Positions 45,956 through 54,886 of a DNA stretch of 58,063 nt are shown piece after piece. Made by a program: the position numbers and the translations under genes. The notes beneath the pieces are model-generated. The model saw nothing but the letters and a program-made list of their open reading frames with translations, did not search any database and was not told the DNA's origin. This DNA comes from Gemmatimonadales bacterium (GTDB taxonomy: Bacteria > Gemmatimonadota > Gemmatimonadetes > Palauibacterales > Palauibacteraceae). Location of the stretch: contig JASFRN010000003.1 of assembly GCA_050114915.1 (NCBI GenBank), positions 1 to 58,063 on the forward strand. Reading direction: 5' to 3'. The stretch's first letter is position 1, and the number at the start of each line of letters is the position of its first letter.

Positions 45956-46009
45956 ATGGCTGATTTCCTTCGTGCACAACGCTTCTCCGCCGTCTCTCGT
46001 CCGGTGTGA
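45956..46009 (+). CDS. Putative 17-aa upstream ORF coupled to sprA
   Basis: MADFLRAQRFSAVSRPV*. TATATT lies 8 nt upstream, and the stop overlaps the sprA GTG (GTGA). Confidence 0.3.
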   Translation: MADFLRAQRFSAVSRPV

Positions 46010-49000
46010 GCGGACCCTCGAGTCCCGGGGCCCCCCTCCGGTGTGCGTACGCCGTCCGCCGTGTCCTTCGGACGGCCGCCCTCCCATTGCTCCTGTGGTC
46101 TCCGGGTCTCGCGCCCGCGCAGGAGGTCGTGCGCCCCGACAGCGTGGCCGTCGACTCCATTCCGTCCGACACCCTCGATGTCGCCCGGGGCGCCGGGGGC
46201 GACTCGGTGATCGTCCTCGAGCCGCTCCAGGCCGAGGTCCCGGACACGGTGAAGGGTCTTCGCGTCGGGCTCGGCCGGATTCCGCTCGTCTGGTCGACCG
46301 ATCTGCGGGTCGCGGTCTCCCAGGCCCAACCCGAGGCGCGACAGCCGGGCGAGCCGGTGTTCGAGTGGCTCGCCGACCGCATCCGGGACGAAGAGGTGAG
46401 GCGGGCGGCGCGGCGGGACACGATGTGGGCCGCGATCCTGGATCTCGACAAGCTCCCGCCGGGCTTCGACGCGCGCCGGTTCTTCGGCCGTGACACCACG
46501 AGTCTCGTCGTCGACTCGGCCGGCCGTCCGGGACCGCGGCGAGGCAACGTGGATCTGCTCCCGGAGGCGCTCGCCGGGGTGGCGGACCTCGATCTCGACA
46601 TCGAGGGGACCGGCCAGATCGGCTCGCAATGGGAGTCGTTCGATCCCTGCACGGTGACCGCCGGCCAGCGCTGCAACCCGAGCGCCATTCCGACCATCAA
46701 GCCCGACTTCCAGCTCAAGGCCAGGGTCCAGGGGCTGATTTCGGAGCGCGTGCACGTGGACGTCGACTTCGACCAGACGCGCGAGTTCGACGCGACGAAC
46801 AACCTGCAGGTCTGGTACGAGGGGAAGCCGGGCGAGATCCTCGAGCGGGCCGACGTGGGCGAGGTCACGCTCGAGATGCCGCGCGGGTCGCGCTTCATCT
46901 CGCGCGGCATCCCGGCCGGCAACTTCGGCCTCAGCGCGCGCGGCCGCCTCGGCCCGCTGACGCTTCGCGGCGTCCTGGCGGAACAGAACGGCAGCGTGAC
47001 CTCTCGAAATCTCACGCTCGACGTGGGTGGCGGCGAGACCGGCGTCCTCCAGGATCTCGAGACGGTGGTGGACGATGCCAGCTACACGAGCGGGCAGTTC
47101 TTCTTCATCGTCGATCCACGCGACCTGGCCGGCTATCCGGACGTCGACGTGACGTCGCTGCAGGCCGCCGACGCCCCGGCGAATCTGCGGCCCGCCTCGG
47201 GAATCAAGCTGTATCGGCACGAGGTGCAGGCGGGGCAGCAGAACATCGAAGACGGGGTGATCCAAGCGCGTGCGATCGCCCGGCGACCCGCCGGCGCGGA
47301 TCCCGCGCTCCCCGACTCGGCCGAGTTCCAGGGCTTCTTCCGTCCGCTGGTCGAGGGCGAGGACTACGTCGTGCACAGCAGCGGCCTGTGGATCGTGCTG
47401 AAGTCGCGCGCCCTCGAAGGCGAAGCGCTCGCCGTGACGTACGTGACGGCGGCCGGCGACACGGTGGGCGACTACAACGCCGAAGCCCTGTTCCGGGAGA
47501 TCGCCAACACCGGCACCGGCCAGCTCCCGGAGCTCGAGCTCCTGCGCGACCCGGCCACGCATCGGCCGGGCGGCGTGACGTGGGAGCGCGAGATGCACCA
47601 GGTCTACCGGATCTCGAGCTCCGACGACGTCGAGGCCGGCAGCGTCCAGCTCACGATCTCGCAGGGTCCGATCGAGTCCGGTCCGATCGTGCGCAACCTC
47701 GACGGGTCGGACTACAGCTTCCTCCAGATCTTCGGGCTCGACGAGCAGCCGACCGACGACAGGCTGGACGGTGGCCGGATCTGGCGTCCCGCCGCCTCCG
47801 GGGGGCAGGGCATCGTGACCGGCAGCTTCCTGGTGTTCCCGACCCTGGAGCCGTTCAAAGATCCGCCGCCGATCGCCGCGCTCGACGGCACGGCCTTCCC
47901 GCTCGCCGGGGGAGACCGGAACGTCGACATGTATGACGAGCCTGTCGATCAGCTGAGGCGCTCCAGCTTCCGCTACCGGCTCAACTTCCAGTACCGCGCG
48001 CGCAGCTCCGGCCGTGCGAGCGAGTTTTCGCTCGGCGCGATCGGGATCCGCGAGGGCAGCGAGCGCGTCACCCTCGACGGACGCGACCTCGAGCGCGGCC
48101 GCGATTACGCGATCAACTACGAGATCGGGCAGCTGGAGATCCTCCGGCCCACCGAGCTGTTCGGCACCAGCCAGAGTCCCGATCTGGAGGTGCAGTTCGA
48201 GCAGAAGCCGATCTTCCAGGTCCAGCCGACCAGCATTCTCGGGCTCACCGGCCAGTACAAGTTCGGCGAGAACAAGACGATCGACTTCGTGGGCCTGTTG
48301 CAGCGCGAGGGGTCGGTCCTGAACCGACCCGAGCTCGGCACCGAGCCCGGGGCCGTGAGCCTGGGCGGGGCCGTGGCCGATTTCGAGTTCCAGCCGGCGG
48401 CCCTGGACCGGTTCGTGAACGCGCTGCCGGGGATCAGCACCGACCTGCCCTCGAGCGTGAACTTCACCGCCGAGGTGGCCGGCTCCCTGCCGACGACGAA
48501 CCGGAAGGGCCTGACCTACGTCGACGATTTCGAGGGCAGCTCACGCCTCCGCATCGCCCTCGGGAGCAACGCGTGGCGGCGCGGCAGCGTCGTCAGCCGC
48601 GCCGACGCGGACGGCGACGACTTCCTGCCCGACGTGCCCGACCTGTCGAACCAGCTCCGGGGCGTATGGCAGTCACAATGGTCCTCCGACGGGCGAATCC
48701 AGGGTCCCCTTCCGACCAGCGAGATCGACCCGCAGATCAACACCCTGAATCCGCAGTCCACCGAGAGCGTGCTCTGGGTGTCGCTCAACGATGCGCCCCA
48801 GGGAGAGAACGGGTGGTTCACCATCACCCAGACCCTGTCGGAGACCGGGATCGACCTGACGGCCACGGAGTTCCTCGAGTTCTACGCCCTCACGCTGAAT
48901 TCCACGTCGTCGCGCATCGCGCTGATCATCGACATCGGTACGGTGTCCGAAGACGCCCTGGTCGCCGACTCGCTCGGCCTCCCGGCCGGCGTCGGCGTGC

Positions 49001-52000
49001 TCGACCAGGAGGTCGATCCTCTCGTCGGCGTGTGGGGCAACCAGGACGACACCGGGCTGTGGGACCAGGCCTGCGTCGCGGAACCCAACGTCACGGCCTA
49101 CCCGCTCAACGATCCGCGCGCCAACTGCACGAACAACAACGGCCGCGAGGACACCGAAGACCTGAACCGCGACAACTTCCTGAACCAGGACGAGCGCTAC
49201 ATCCGGTTCGTCGTGCCGCTGAACGGTCCGTCGCCGTACTTCGACCGCGAGACGTCCGGGAGCTTCCCGTTCCGGCGTTACCGCATCCCGCTGGCGCTGC
49301 CCGACCTGCTCGAGAACGTCACCGCCGGGGCGCGCCAGAACGTGAAGCACATCCGGCTCACCTTCGCGAGCGACCGGGCGGAGACGGTCCTCCTCACCCG
49401 GATGGAGTTCTCCGGGTCGCCGTGGCTGAAGCGCGGCGGCACCGGGAGCGTCGACGGGTTCGTGGGCGACGACCCCGGCACGGCCGGTCAGGTCGCGGTC
49501 GGCCCCATCGCCACCACGGACGGCGGGTACGTGTCGCCGCCGGGCATCTCGGACCAGCAGGCGCAGAGCACCGACGAGATCACGGCCGGTTCGCAGCCGA
49601 TCAACGAGCAATCGCTGCGGCTCCTGTTCGAAGACGTCCCCGCCGGGCAGCGGGTCGAGGTGTACCGGCGCTTCACGGAGCGACCGCGAGACTTCCTCCT
49701 CTATCGACAGATGCGCGCCTGGGCGCTGCCGGTGGAAGGCGACTTCGGACCCGATGCGCCGCTGCGCTTCTACATGCGGCTCGGATTCGACACCGAGAAC
49801 TTCTACCTCTATCGGACCCCGCTGCAGCCGCCGGTGGGCGACTCGCCGCAGCGGGAGGACTGGACCCCGGAGCGGTTCGTCGACTTCGACCGCTGGATCG
49901 AGCTGCGTGCGGTCGCGGAGCAGGAGCTCATCGCGGCCGGCGGGACCCTGCCGCCCGATTCCACGATCACGGTGTGGGACGTGGACGTCTTCCCGGACGG
50001 CGACAGCACGCACGCCGTCGTGGTCAGTGACCGGTCGCGGGCTCCGAACCTGGCGGCGGTGCGCGAGATCGCGATGGGCGTCGAGAACGTCGGGGACATC
50101 ACGGCGGGTCCCGGCGAGCTCTGGATCGACGACCTGCGGCTCGGCGACGCGACGGACCGCGCCGGCAGCGCGGTGCGGGCGGGCGTGGCGGTCGATCTCG
50201 CAGACATCGCGCACTTCGAGACGAACCTCACCCGGCGAAACCCCTTCTTCCGCCAGCTCGGCGGCACGCCGAGCTACGAGGCGCAGAACACGTTCGACTC
50301 ACGGGCGCGCCTGGAGTTCGGGCGGTTCCTCCCGTCCGGCCTCGGGCTCGCGATGCCGGTCGAGTTCCAGCATTTGTCGGACAGTTCCACGCCGTTCTTC
50401 ACGCAGAGCGGCGACGTGCTGGCGGAGCGGATTCCGAATCTCCGCACGCCGTCCAATTCCTCGACGCTGTTCAGCGTAGGGCTGTCGAAACGGACTCCGT
50501 CGGAGAATCCGATTCTGAATGCGACGATCGACGGCCTGACGCTGCGCTACTCCCGCCGCTCGCTGGAGCAGGTTGCGACCCAGAGCGAGACGCAGGGCCG
50601 ATCGTGGAGCGCCTCCGCCACGTGGTCGCGCTCGGTCACCGACCTTTCGTTCCCGATGCTGCCGGGCTTCCTGCGCACCCTGCTTGACGGCCTGCCGGGG
50701 TTCATCTCGAACTCGACGGTCGTCGAGAACCTGAAGAACCTCCGGTTCCGCTACACGCCGCGGCAGCTATCGGCCGGGGCGAGTCTGAACCAGAACCGGA
50801 CGGAGCGCCGCAGGTTCACGAGCTCGGTGCGCGGCGCCGAAACGGCCGTCGCGCCGACGATCGATCGCCAGCACACGCTCGCGCCACGGGCCGGCTTCCA
50901 GCTGCAGCCATTCCCGTCGCTCGTGGCGGGTCTGAACATCAGCGGTGTCCGCGACCTGGTCGATCCCTCTCTCAGGCTCGACGGCCCCGCGGCGGTGCAG
51001 GTGCTCGAGGACCAGCAGAGCGAGTTCCTCGGCCTGGCGATCGGCTGGGAGATGCAGCGCGCGGTCACCACCAACATCAGCTATCAACCCGAGCTCGCGA
51101 GCTGGTTCGACCCGCGGTTCACGCTGAACACGACCTATCAGTCGAGCCGCAATCCCTCGTACGTCACCTCGCTAGCCGAGAACGCGGACACGACCTTCGT
51201 GCGCGACGTTCGCCTCGGGCGCGACTGGACGCTGGACGTCAACGTGAAGCCGGTCGACCTGCTCACCATGCTGGGCGTTCCGCGCGGACCCGAGGCCGAG
51301 GGGCTGGCGGCCGGTGTACGCTCGGTGTGGGATCGGCTGCGTCCCGTTCGCTTTTCGTGGACGCGCACCGTGGCAGCCTCCTACGATCGGCGGGAGCTCG
51401 ACCCCCGGTTCGTCGATCAGCTCGTGTTCAACGGGTTCGAGCGGCTCCGGTTTCTCGAGGAGGGAGACACCGCATCGTCCGCGACCAACCGGCGCCGGTT
51501 CCAGCTCAGCGGCGGCGTGGACCTGCCCGTGAACCTCGCCGCGGAGATCGACTACGGCTGGACCGACAACGACGCGTACAACTTGCGCAGCCGGCGCGGC
51601 ACCTACGAGACGGAGTGGCCGTCCGTGCGGCTGCGCTGGCGGGGCGTCCCGATCCCGGGCTTCCTCGAGGAGCGCATGCGCACGATCACGCTCACCGGCC
51701 AGTGGCGGGTCCGTGACCGGGAGATCCGGACGTCGACGGGCCAGGACCAGGGGATCCAGAGCCTCGACCGCTCGGTGATCGTCACCTTCGTGTTCATGAA
51801 CGGTTTCAATCTCAGCTACGAGCTGACGAACAGCCGCAACGAGCGCACGGACGGCTCCGGGTTCAGCCGCTCCATCCGTAACTCCCACACCGTCCGGGGA
51901 ACGGGCACCGTGCCCCCGCCGGGCCTGCTCTCGTTCGCGAAGAACCCGCTGCGCCTGACGGCCGAGTTCGTCCTGAACGGCAATAGCGACTGCCGCGAGC

Positions 52001-52275
52001 TCGGTGGCACCGGCTTCACGGGGACGACGAATCCCTCGACGCTCGGTGGCGAGGGCTGCGTGGCACACATCGATCAGACCCAGAACTCCGTTCGCCTCGC
52101 GGCGGACACCGACTTCGCGAGCGGTCTCGGCGTCGGCGTACAGTTCCAGTGGGTGCGCCGCGCAAGCGCGGTCGGCACGCAGCAGACGTCCAATCAGTAC
52201 AACTTCGACGTGTTCGGACGCTTCCTGCTTCGCTCGAACACGTCCGACATCCCGCCTCCCGCCGCTACGCGATGA
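46006..52275 (+). CDS. sprA: SprA/Sov-like giant outer-membrane beta-barrel (T9SS translocon homologue)
   Basis: 2089 aa with a signal peptide. SprA-type segments recognised: VDFDQTREFDATNNLQVWYEG-x-x-GEIL...GEVTL, GSERVTLDGR-x-L-x-RG-x-DY-x-INYEIGQL, EDLNRDN-x-LN, GELWIDDLRL. Amphipathic strands throughout. Confidence 0.85.
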   Translation: MSGPSSPGAPLRCAYAVRRVLRTAALPLLLWSPGLAPAQEVVRPDSVAVDSIPSDTLDVARGAGGDSVIVLEPLQAEVPDTVKGLRVGLGRIPLVWSTDLRVAVSQAQPEARQPGEPVFEWLADRIRDEEVRRAARRDTMWAAILDLDKLPPGFDARRFFGRDTTSLVVDSAGRPGPRRGNVDLLPEALAGVADLDLDIEGTGQIGSQWESFDPCTVTAGQRCNPSAIPTIKPDFQLKARVQGLISERVHVDVDFDQTREFDATNNLQVWYEGKPGEILERADVGEVTLEMPRGSRFISRGIPAGNFGLSARGRLGPLTLRGVLAEQNGSVTSRNLTLDVGGGETGVLQDLETVVDDASYTSGQFFFIVDPRDLAGYPDVDVTSLQAADAPANLRPASGIKLYRHEVQAGQQNIEDGVIQARAIARRPAGADPALPDSAEFQGFFRPLVEGEDYVVHSSGLWIVLKSRALEGEALAVTYVTAAGDTVGDYNAEALFREIANTGTGQLPELELLRDPATHRPGGVTWEREMHQVYRISSSDDVEAGSVQLTISQGPIESGPIVRNLDGSDYSFLQIFGLDEQPTDDRLDGGRIWRPAASGGQGIVTGSFLVFPTLEPFKDPPPIAALDGTAFPLAGGDRNVDMYDEPVDQLRRSSFRYRLNFQYRARSSGRASEFSLGAIGIREGSERVTLDGRDLERGRDYAINYEIGQLEILRPTELFGTSQSPDLEVQFEQKPIFQVQPTSILGLTGQYKFGENKTIDFVGLLQREGSVLNRPELGTEPGAVSLGGAVADFEFQPAALDRFVNALPGISTDLPSSVNFTAEVAGSLPTTNRKGLTYVDDFEGSSRLRIALGSNAWRRGSVVSRADADGDDFLPDVPDLSNQLRGVWQSQWSSDGRIQGPLPTSEIDPQINTLNPQSTESVLWVSLNDAPQGENGWFTITQTLSETGIDLTATEFLEFYALTLNSTSSRIALIIDIGTVSEDALVADSLGLPAGVGVLDQEVDPLVGVWGNQDDTGLWDQACVAEPNVTAYPLNDPRANCTNNNGREDTEDLNRDNFLNQDERYIRFVVPLNGPSPYFDRETSGSFPFRRYRIPLALPDLLENVTAGARQNVKHIRLTFASDRAETVLLTRMEFSGSPWLKRGGTGSVDGFVGDDPGTAGQVAVGPIATTDGGYVSPPGISDQQAQSTDEITAGSQPINEQSLRLLFEDVPAGQRVEVYRRFTERPRDFLLYRQMRAWALPVEGDFGPDAPLRFYMRLGFDTENFYLYRTPLQPPVGDSPQREDWTPERFVDFDRWIELRAVAEQELIAAGGTLPPDSTITVWDVDVFPDGDSTHAVVVSDRSRAPNLAAVREIAMGVENVGDITAGPGELWIDDLRLGDATDRAGSAVRAGVAVDLADIAHFETNLTRRNPFFRQLGGTPSYEAQNTFDSRARLEFGRFLPSGLGLAMPVEFQHLSDSSTPFFTQSGDVLAERIPNLRTPSNSSTLFSVGLSKRTPSENPILNATIDGLTLRYSRRSLEQVATQSETQGRSWSASATWSRSVTDLSFPMLPGFLRTLLDGLPGFISNSTVVENLKNLRFRYTPRQLSAGASLNQNRTERRRFTSSVRGAETAVAPTIDRQHTLAPRAGFQLQPFPSLVAGLNISGVRDLVDPSLRLDGPAAVQVLEDQQSEFLGLAIGWEMQRAVTTNISYQPELASWFDPRFTLNTTYQSSRNPSYVTSLAENADTTFVRDVRLGRDWTLDVNVKPVDLLTMLGVPRGPEAEGLAAGVRSVWDRLRPVRFSWTRTVAASYDRRELDPRFVDQLVFNGFERLRFLEEGDTASSATNRRRFQLSGGVDLPVNLAAEIDYGWTDNDAYNLRSRRGTYETEWPSVRLRWRGVPIPGFLEERMRTITLTGQWRVRDREIRTSTGQDQGIQSLDRSVIVTFVFMNGFNLSYELTNSRNERTDGSGFSRSIRNSHTVRGTGTVPPPGLLSFAKNPLRLTAEFVLNGNSDCRELGGTGFTGTTNPSTLGGEGCVAHIDQTQNSVRLAADTDFASGLGVGVQFQWVRRASAVGTQQTSNQYNFDVFGRFLLRSNTSDIPPPAATR

Positions 52276-52293
52276 GCCAGGGTTGAACGGTCC

Positions 52294-52311
52294 CCGGAGG
52301 CTCTCCTCCGG
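52294..52311 (+). other. Perfect 7-bp hairpin between sprA and comEA that overlaps the comEA SD
   Basis: CCGGAGG-CTCT-CCTCCGG; the SD GGAGG is at 52310-52314. Confidence 0.5.
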
Positions 52312-52319
52312 AGGCCGTC

Positions 52320-52979
52320 ATGCTGCGACTCACCGCGACGGAACGAAGAACACTATCGCTGGCCGTGGCACTGCTCGGCCTCGGGACCGGCGTGCGCCTG
52401 GCGCTGGACCCCGGTCCGGCGGAGTACGCCTGGCAACCGACCAGCGCTGAGCGGCCCGCCGAAACGCTCGACGAAGTGCGCCGCTCGGTGGCCGACACCC
52501 TCGCCCGCGCCGCGGAGGCCGAGCGTCCTCTCGCGCCCGGCGAGACGATCGATCCGAATCGGGCGGACGCCGTCCAGCTACAGCGGCTGCCCGGCGTGGG
52601 ACCGGCGCGGGCCGCGGCCATTCTGCGCGAACGCGAGCGAGGGGGCCCGTTCGCCACGCCCTCGGATTTGACGCGGGTCTCCGGCATCGGCCCGGCGCTC
52701 GTCGAGCGCTGGTCGGACGCGGTCCGCCTCTCTCCGCCGCGCCACCCGATTCGCCCGCCCGACCGGGCCGCCGCGACGGAGTCCGGTCGGGTCGACCTGA
52801 ATCGGGCACATCCCAAGGAACTGGAGCAAATCACGGGGATTGGGCCGGCCCTGGCCCGCCGCATCGTGGATCACCGGAAGCGCCGAGGCCGCTTCGATAC
52901 GGTGGACGAGCTGCTCGAGATCCCGGGAATCGGCGCGAAAACACTGGAAATCGTGCGAAAACAGGCATACGTGCGGTGA
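52320..52979 (+). CDS. comEA: ComEA family DNA-binding protein with two helix-hairpin-helix modules
   Basis: N-terminal TM, then IDPNRAD...LPGVGPARA...F...DL-x-RVSGIGP and VDLNRA...ITGIGPALARRI...F-x-TVDELLEIPGIG. Confidence 0.9.
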   Translation: MLRLTATERRTLSLAVALLGLGTGVRLALDPGPAEYAWQPTSAERPAETLDEVRRSVADTLARAAEAERPLAPGETIDPNRADAVQLQRLPGVGPARAAAILRERERGGPFATPSDLTRVSGIGPALVERWSDAVRLSPPRHPIRPPDRAAATESGRVDLNRAHPKELEQITGIGPALARRIVDHRKRRGRFDTVDELLEIPGIGAKTLEIVRKQAYVR

Positions 52980-53057
52980 TCGGATCGTCCCCCGGGCCCG
53001 CTTTCCGCGGCTGATTCGCCGGGATCGCGCCCGCGGTTCGGGCCCGTCGCCTGGGGC

Positions 53058-53073
53058 GGGCACGCAAGTTGCG
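53058..53073 (+). promoter_or_regulatory. Putative sigma54 (-24/-12) promoter upstream of pilB
   Basis: gGGCACGcaagTTGCg, with GG at 53059-60 and GC at 53071-72 (N10 spacing). Matches TGGCACG-N4-TTGC except at the first base. Confidence 0.65.
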
Positions 53074-53173
53074 CCCCCCGAAGCTGCGCAATGTGCGGCA
53101 TCCATCGCCGGAAGCCGCCGGGACTTTCAGGTGCCGCCCGTGTCGGCAGGGCGAGCTCAAAGCACGGACGACG

Positions 53174-54886
53174 ATGGCATCGATCTCACTGGGAAGCGAA
53201 CAGATCGGGGAGCTGCTGCTCCGGGCGAACCTCGTCAGCCGCGAGGAACTCGACAAGGCGCTCGAACAGCAGAAGGAGACGGGTACGCGTCTCGGATTCG
53301 CGCTGGTAACGAACGGCGCGGTATCGGAGGCCGACCTGACCCGTGTCCTGTCCCGCCAGTTCAAGGTACCGGCGATCGATCTCTCCAACGTCGAGATCGA
53401 CGCCAAGGTCCTCAAGCTCGTCCCGGCCGACTTCGCCAACAAACACCTGATCCTCCCGGTGCGTCGCGTCGGCCGCACGCTCACCGTCGCGATGGCCAAC
53501 CCCACCGACCTGAGCGTCATCGACGACCTGAAGTTCGTCACCCGGTTCGACGTCGACCCCGTGGTCGCGGGGGAATACACGCTGCGCAAGGCGATCGACC
53601 GCTACTACGAAATCGGCAACGACGGTCTCGGCGACTTGCTCGAGGAGCTCGAGGACCAGGAAGTGGAGGTCGTCGAGGAGGAAGAGGAGGTCTACTCGGC
53701 CTCGCAGCTCGCCGCCCAGGTCGAGGAAGCGCCGGTCGTCCGCCTCATCAACGGCCTGCTGACGGACGCCGTGAAGCGGGGCGCCTCCGACATCCACATC
53801 GAGCCGTATGAAAAAGAAGTCCGTGTCCGCTACCGCATCGACGGCACGCTCCAGGAGATCATGAAGCCCCCCACGCGGATGAAGGCCGCGCTGATCTCGC
53901 GTGTGAAGATCCTCGCCGACCTGAACATCGCCGAGCGCCGCGTACCGCAGGACGGCCGCATCAAGCTGAAGATCGGGCGCCGCGTGATCGACTTCCGTGT
54001 CTCGACGCTCCCGGTGCTGTTCGGCGAGAAGATCGTGCTCCGCATTCTCGACAAGGGGAACCTGACCCTCGATCTCGAGAAGTTCGGCATGGAGGAACGG
54101 GCCGAGAAGCAGTTCCTCGAAGCGATCGCACAGCCGTACGGCATGGTGCTCGTCACCGGTCCGACCGGGTCCGGTAAGACGACGACGCTGTACAGCGCGC
54201 TGAGCCGGATCAACACGGGCGATACGAACATCATGACGGCCGAAGACCCCGTCGAGTACAACCTCCGCGGGATCAACCAGACGCAGGTGAGGACGGACAT
54301 CGGGATGACGTTCGCTGCCGCCCTGAAGGCATTCCTGCGCCAGGACCCCAACATCATCATGGTCGGTGAGATCCGGGACCTCGAGACGGGCAGCATCGCG
54401 GTCAAGGCCGCGCTCACCGGCCACCTCGTCCTTTCGACGCTACATACGAACGACGCGGCGTCCACCGTGACCCGCATGATCGACATGGGCATCGAGCCCT
54501 TCAACGTGGCCTCGGCCGTCAACCTGATCACGGCCCAGCGCCTGGTCCGCCGGATCTGCAACAACTGCCGGGTGGAGGCGCGCTACACGCCTGAAGTGCT
54601 CGAGGCCTCGGGGCTGACCGAGGAAGAAATCCGCTCGACCACGTTTCACCGCGGCGAAGGCTGCGATGCGTGCAACGGGCAAGGGTACAGCGGACGCCAG
54701 GGCCTCTACGAGGTCATGGCGATGACGGCCGAGCTCCGCAGGATGATCCTGCAGGGGTCCTCGGCCGCCGAGCTCAAGGAGGCCGCGGTGCGCGGCGGCA
54801 TGCTGACCCTGCGCATGGACGGGCTCTCGAAGGTGCGTAAAGGCATCACCACCCTGGACGAAGTCATCAAGGAGACGACGCTGTGA
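53174..54886 (+). CDS. pilB: Type IV pilus assembly ATPase
   Basis: MshEN-like N-terminus, ASDIHIEP, AERRVPQDGR, GPTGSGKTT, TAEDPVEY, LRQDPNII-x-VGEIRD, TGHLVLSTLH and a Zn tetracysteine motif. Confidence 0.95.
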   Translation: MASISLGSEQIGELLLRANLVSREELDKALEQQKETGTRLGFALVTNGAVSEADLTRVLSRQFKVPAIDLSNVEIDAKVLKLVPADFANKHLILPVRRVGRTLTVAMANPTDLSVIDDLKFVTRFDVDPVVAGEYTLRKAIDRYYEIGNDGLGDLLEELEDQEVEVVEEEEEVYSASQLAAQVEEAPVVRLINGLLTDAVKRGASDIHIEPYEKEVRVRYRIDGTLQEIMKPPTRMKAALISRVKILADLNIAERRVPQDGRIKLKIGRRVIDFRVSTLPVLFGEKIVLRILDKGNLTLDLEKFGMEERAEKQFLEAIAQPYGMVLVTGPTGSGKTTTLYSALSRINTGDTNIMTAEDPVEYNLRGINQTQVRTDIGMTFAAALKAFLRQDPNIIMVGEIRDLETGSIAVKAALTGHLVLSTLHTNDAASTVTRMIDMGIEPFNVASAVNLITAQRLVRRICNNCRVEARYTPEVLEASGLTEEEIRSTTFHRGEGCDACNGQGYSGRQGLYEVMAMTAELRRMILQGSSAAELKEAAVRGGMLTLRMDGLSKVRKGITTLDEVIKETTL

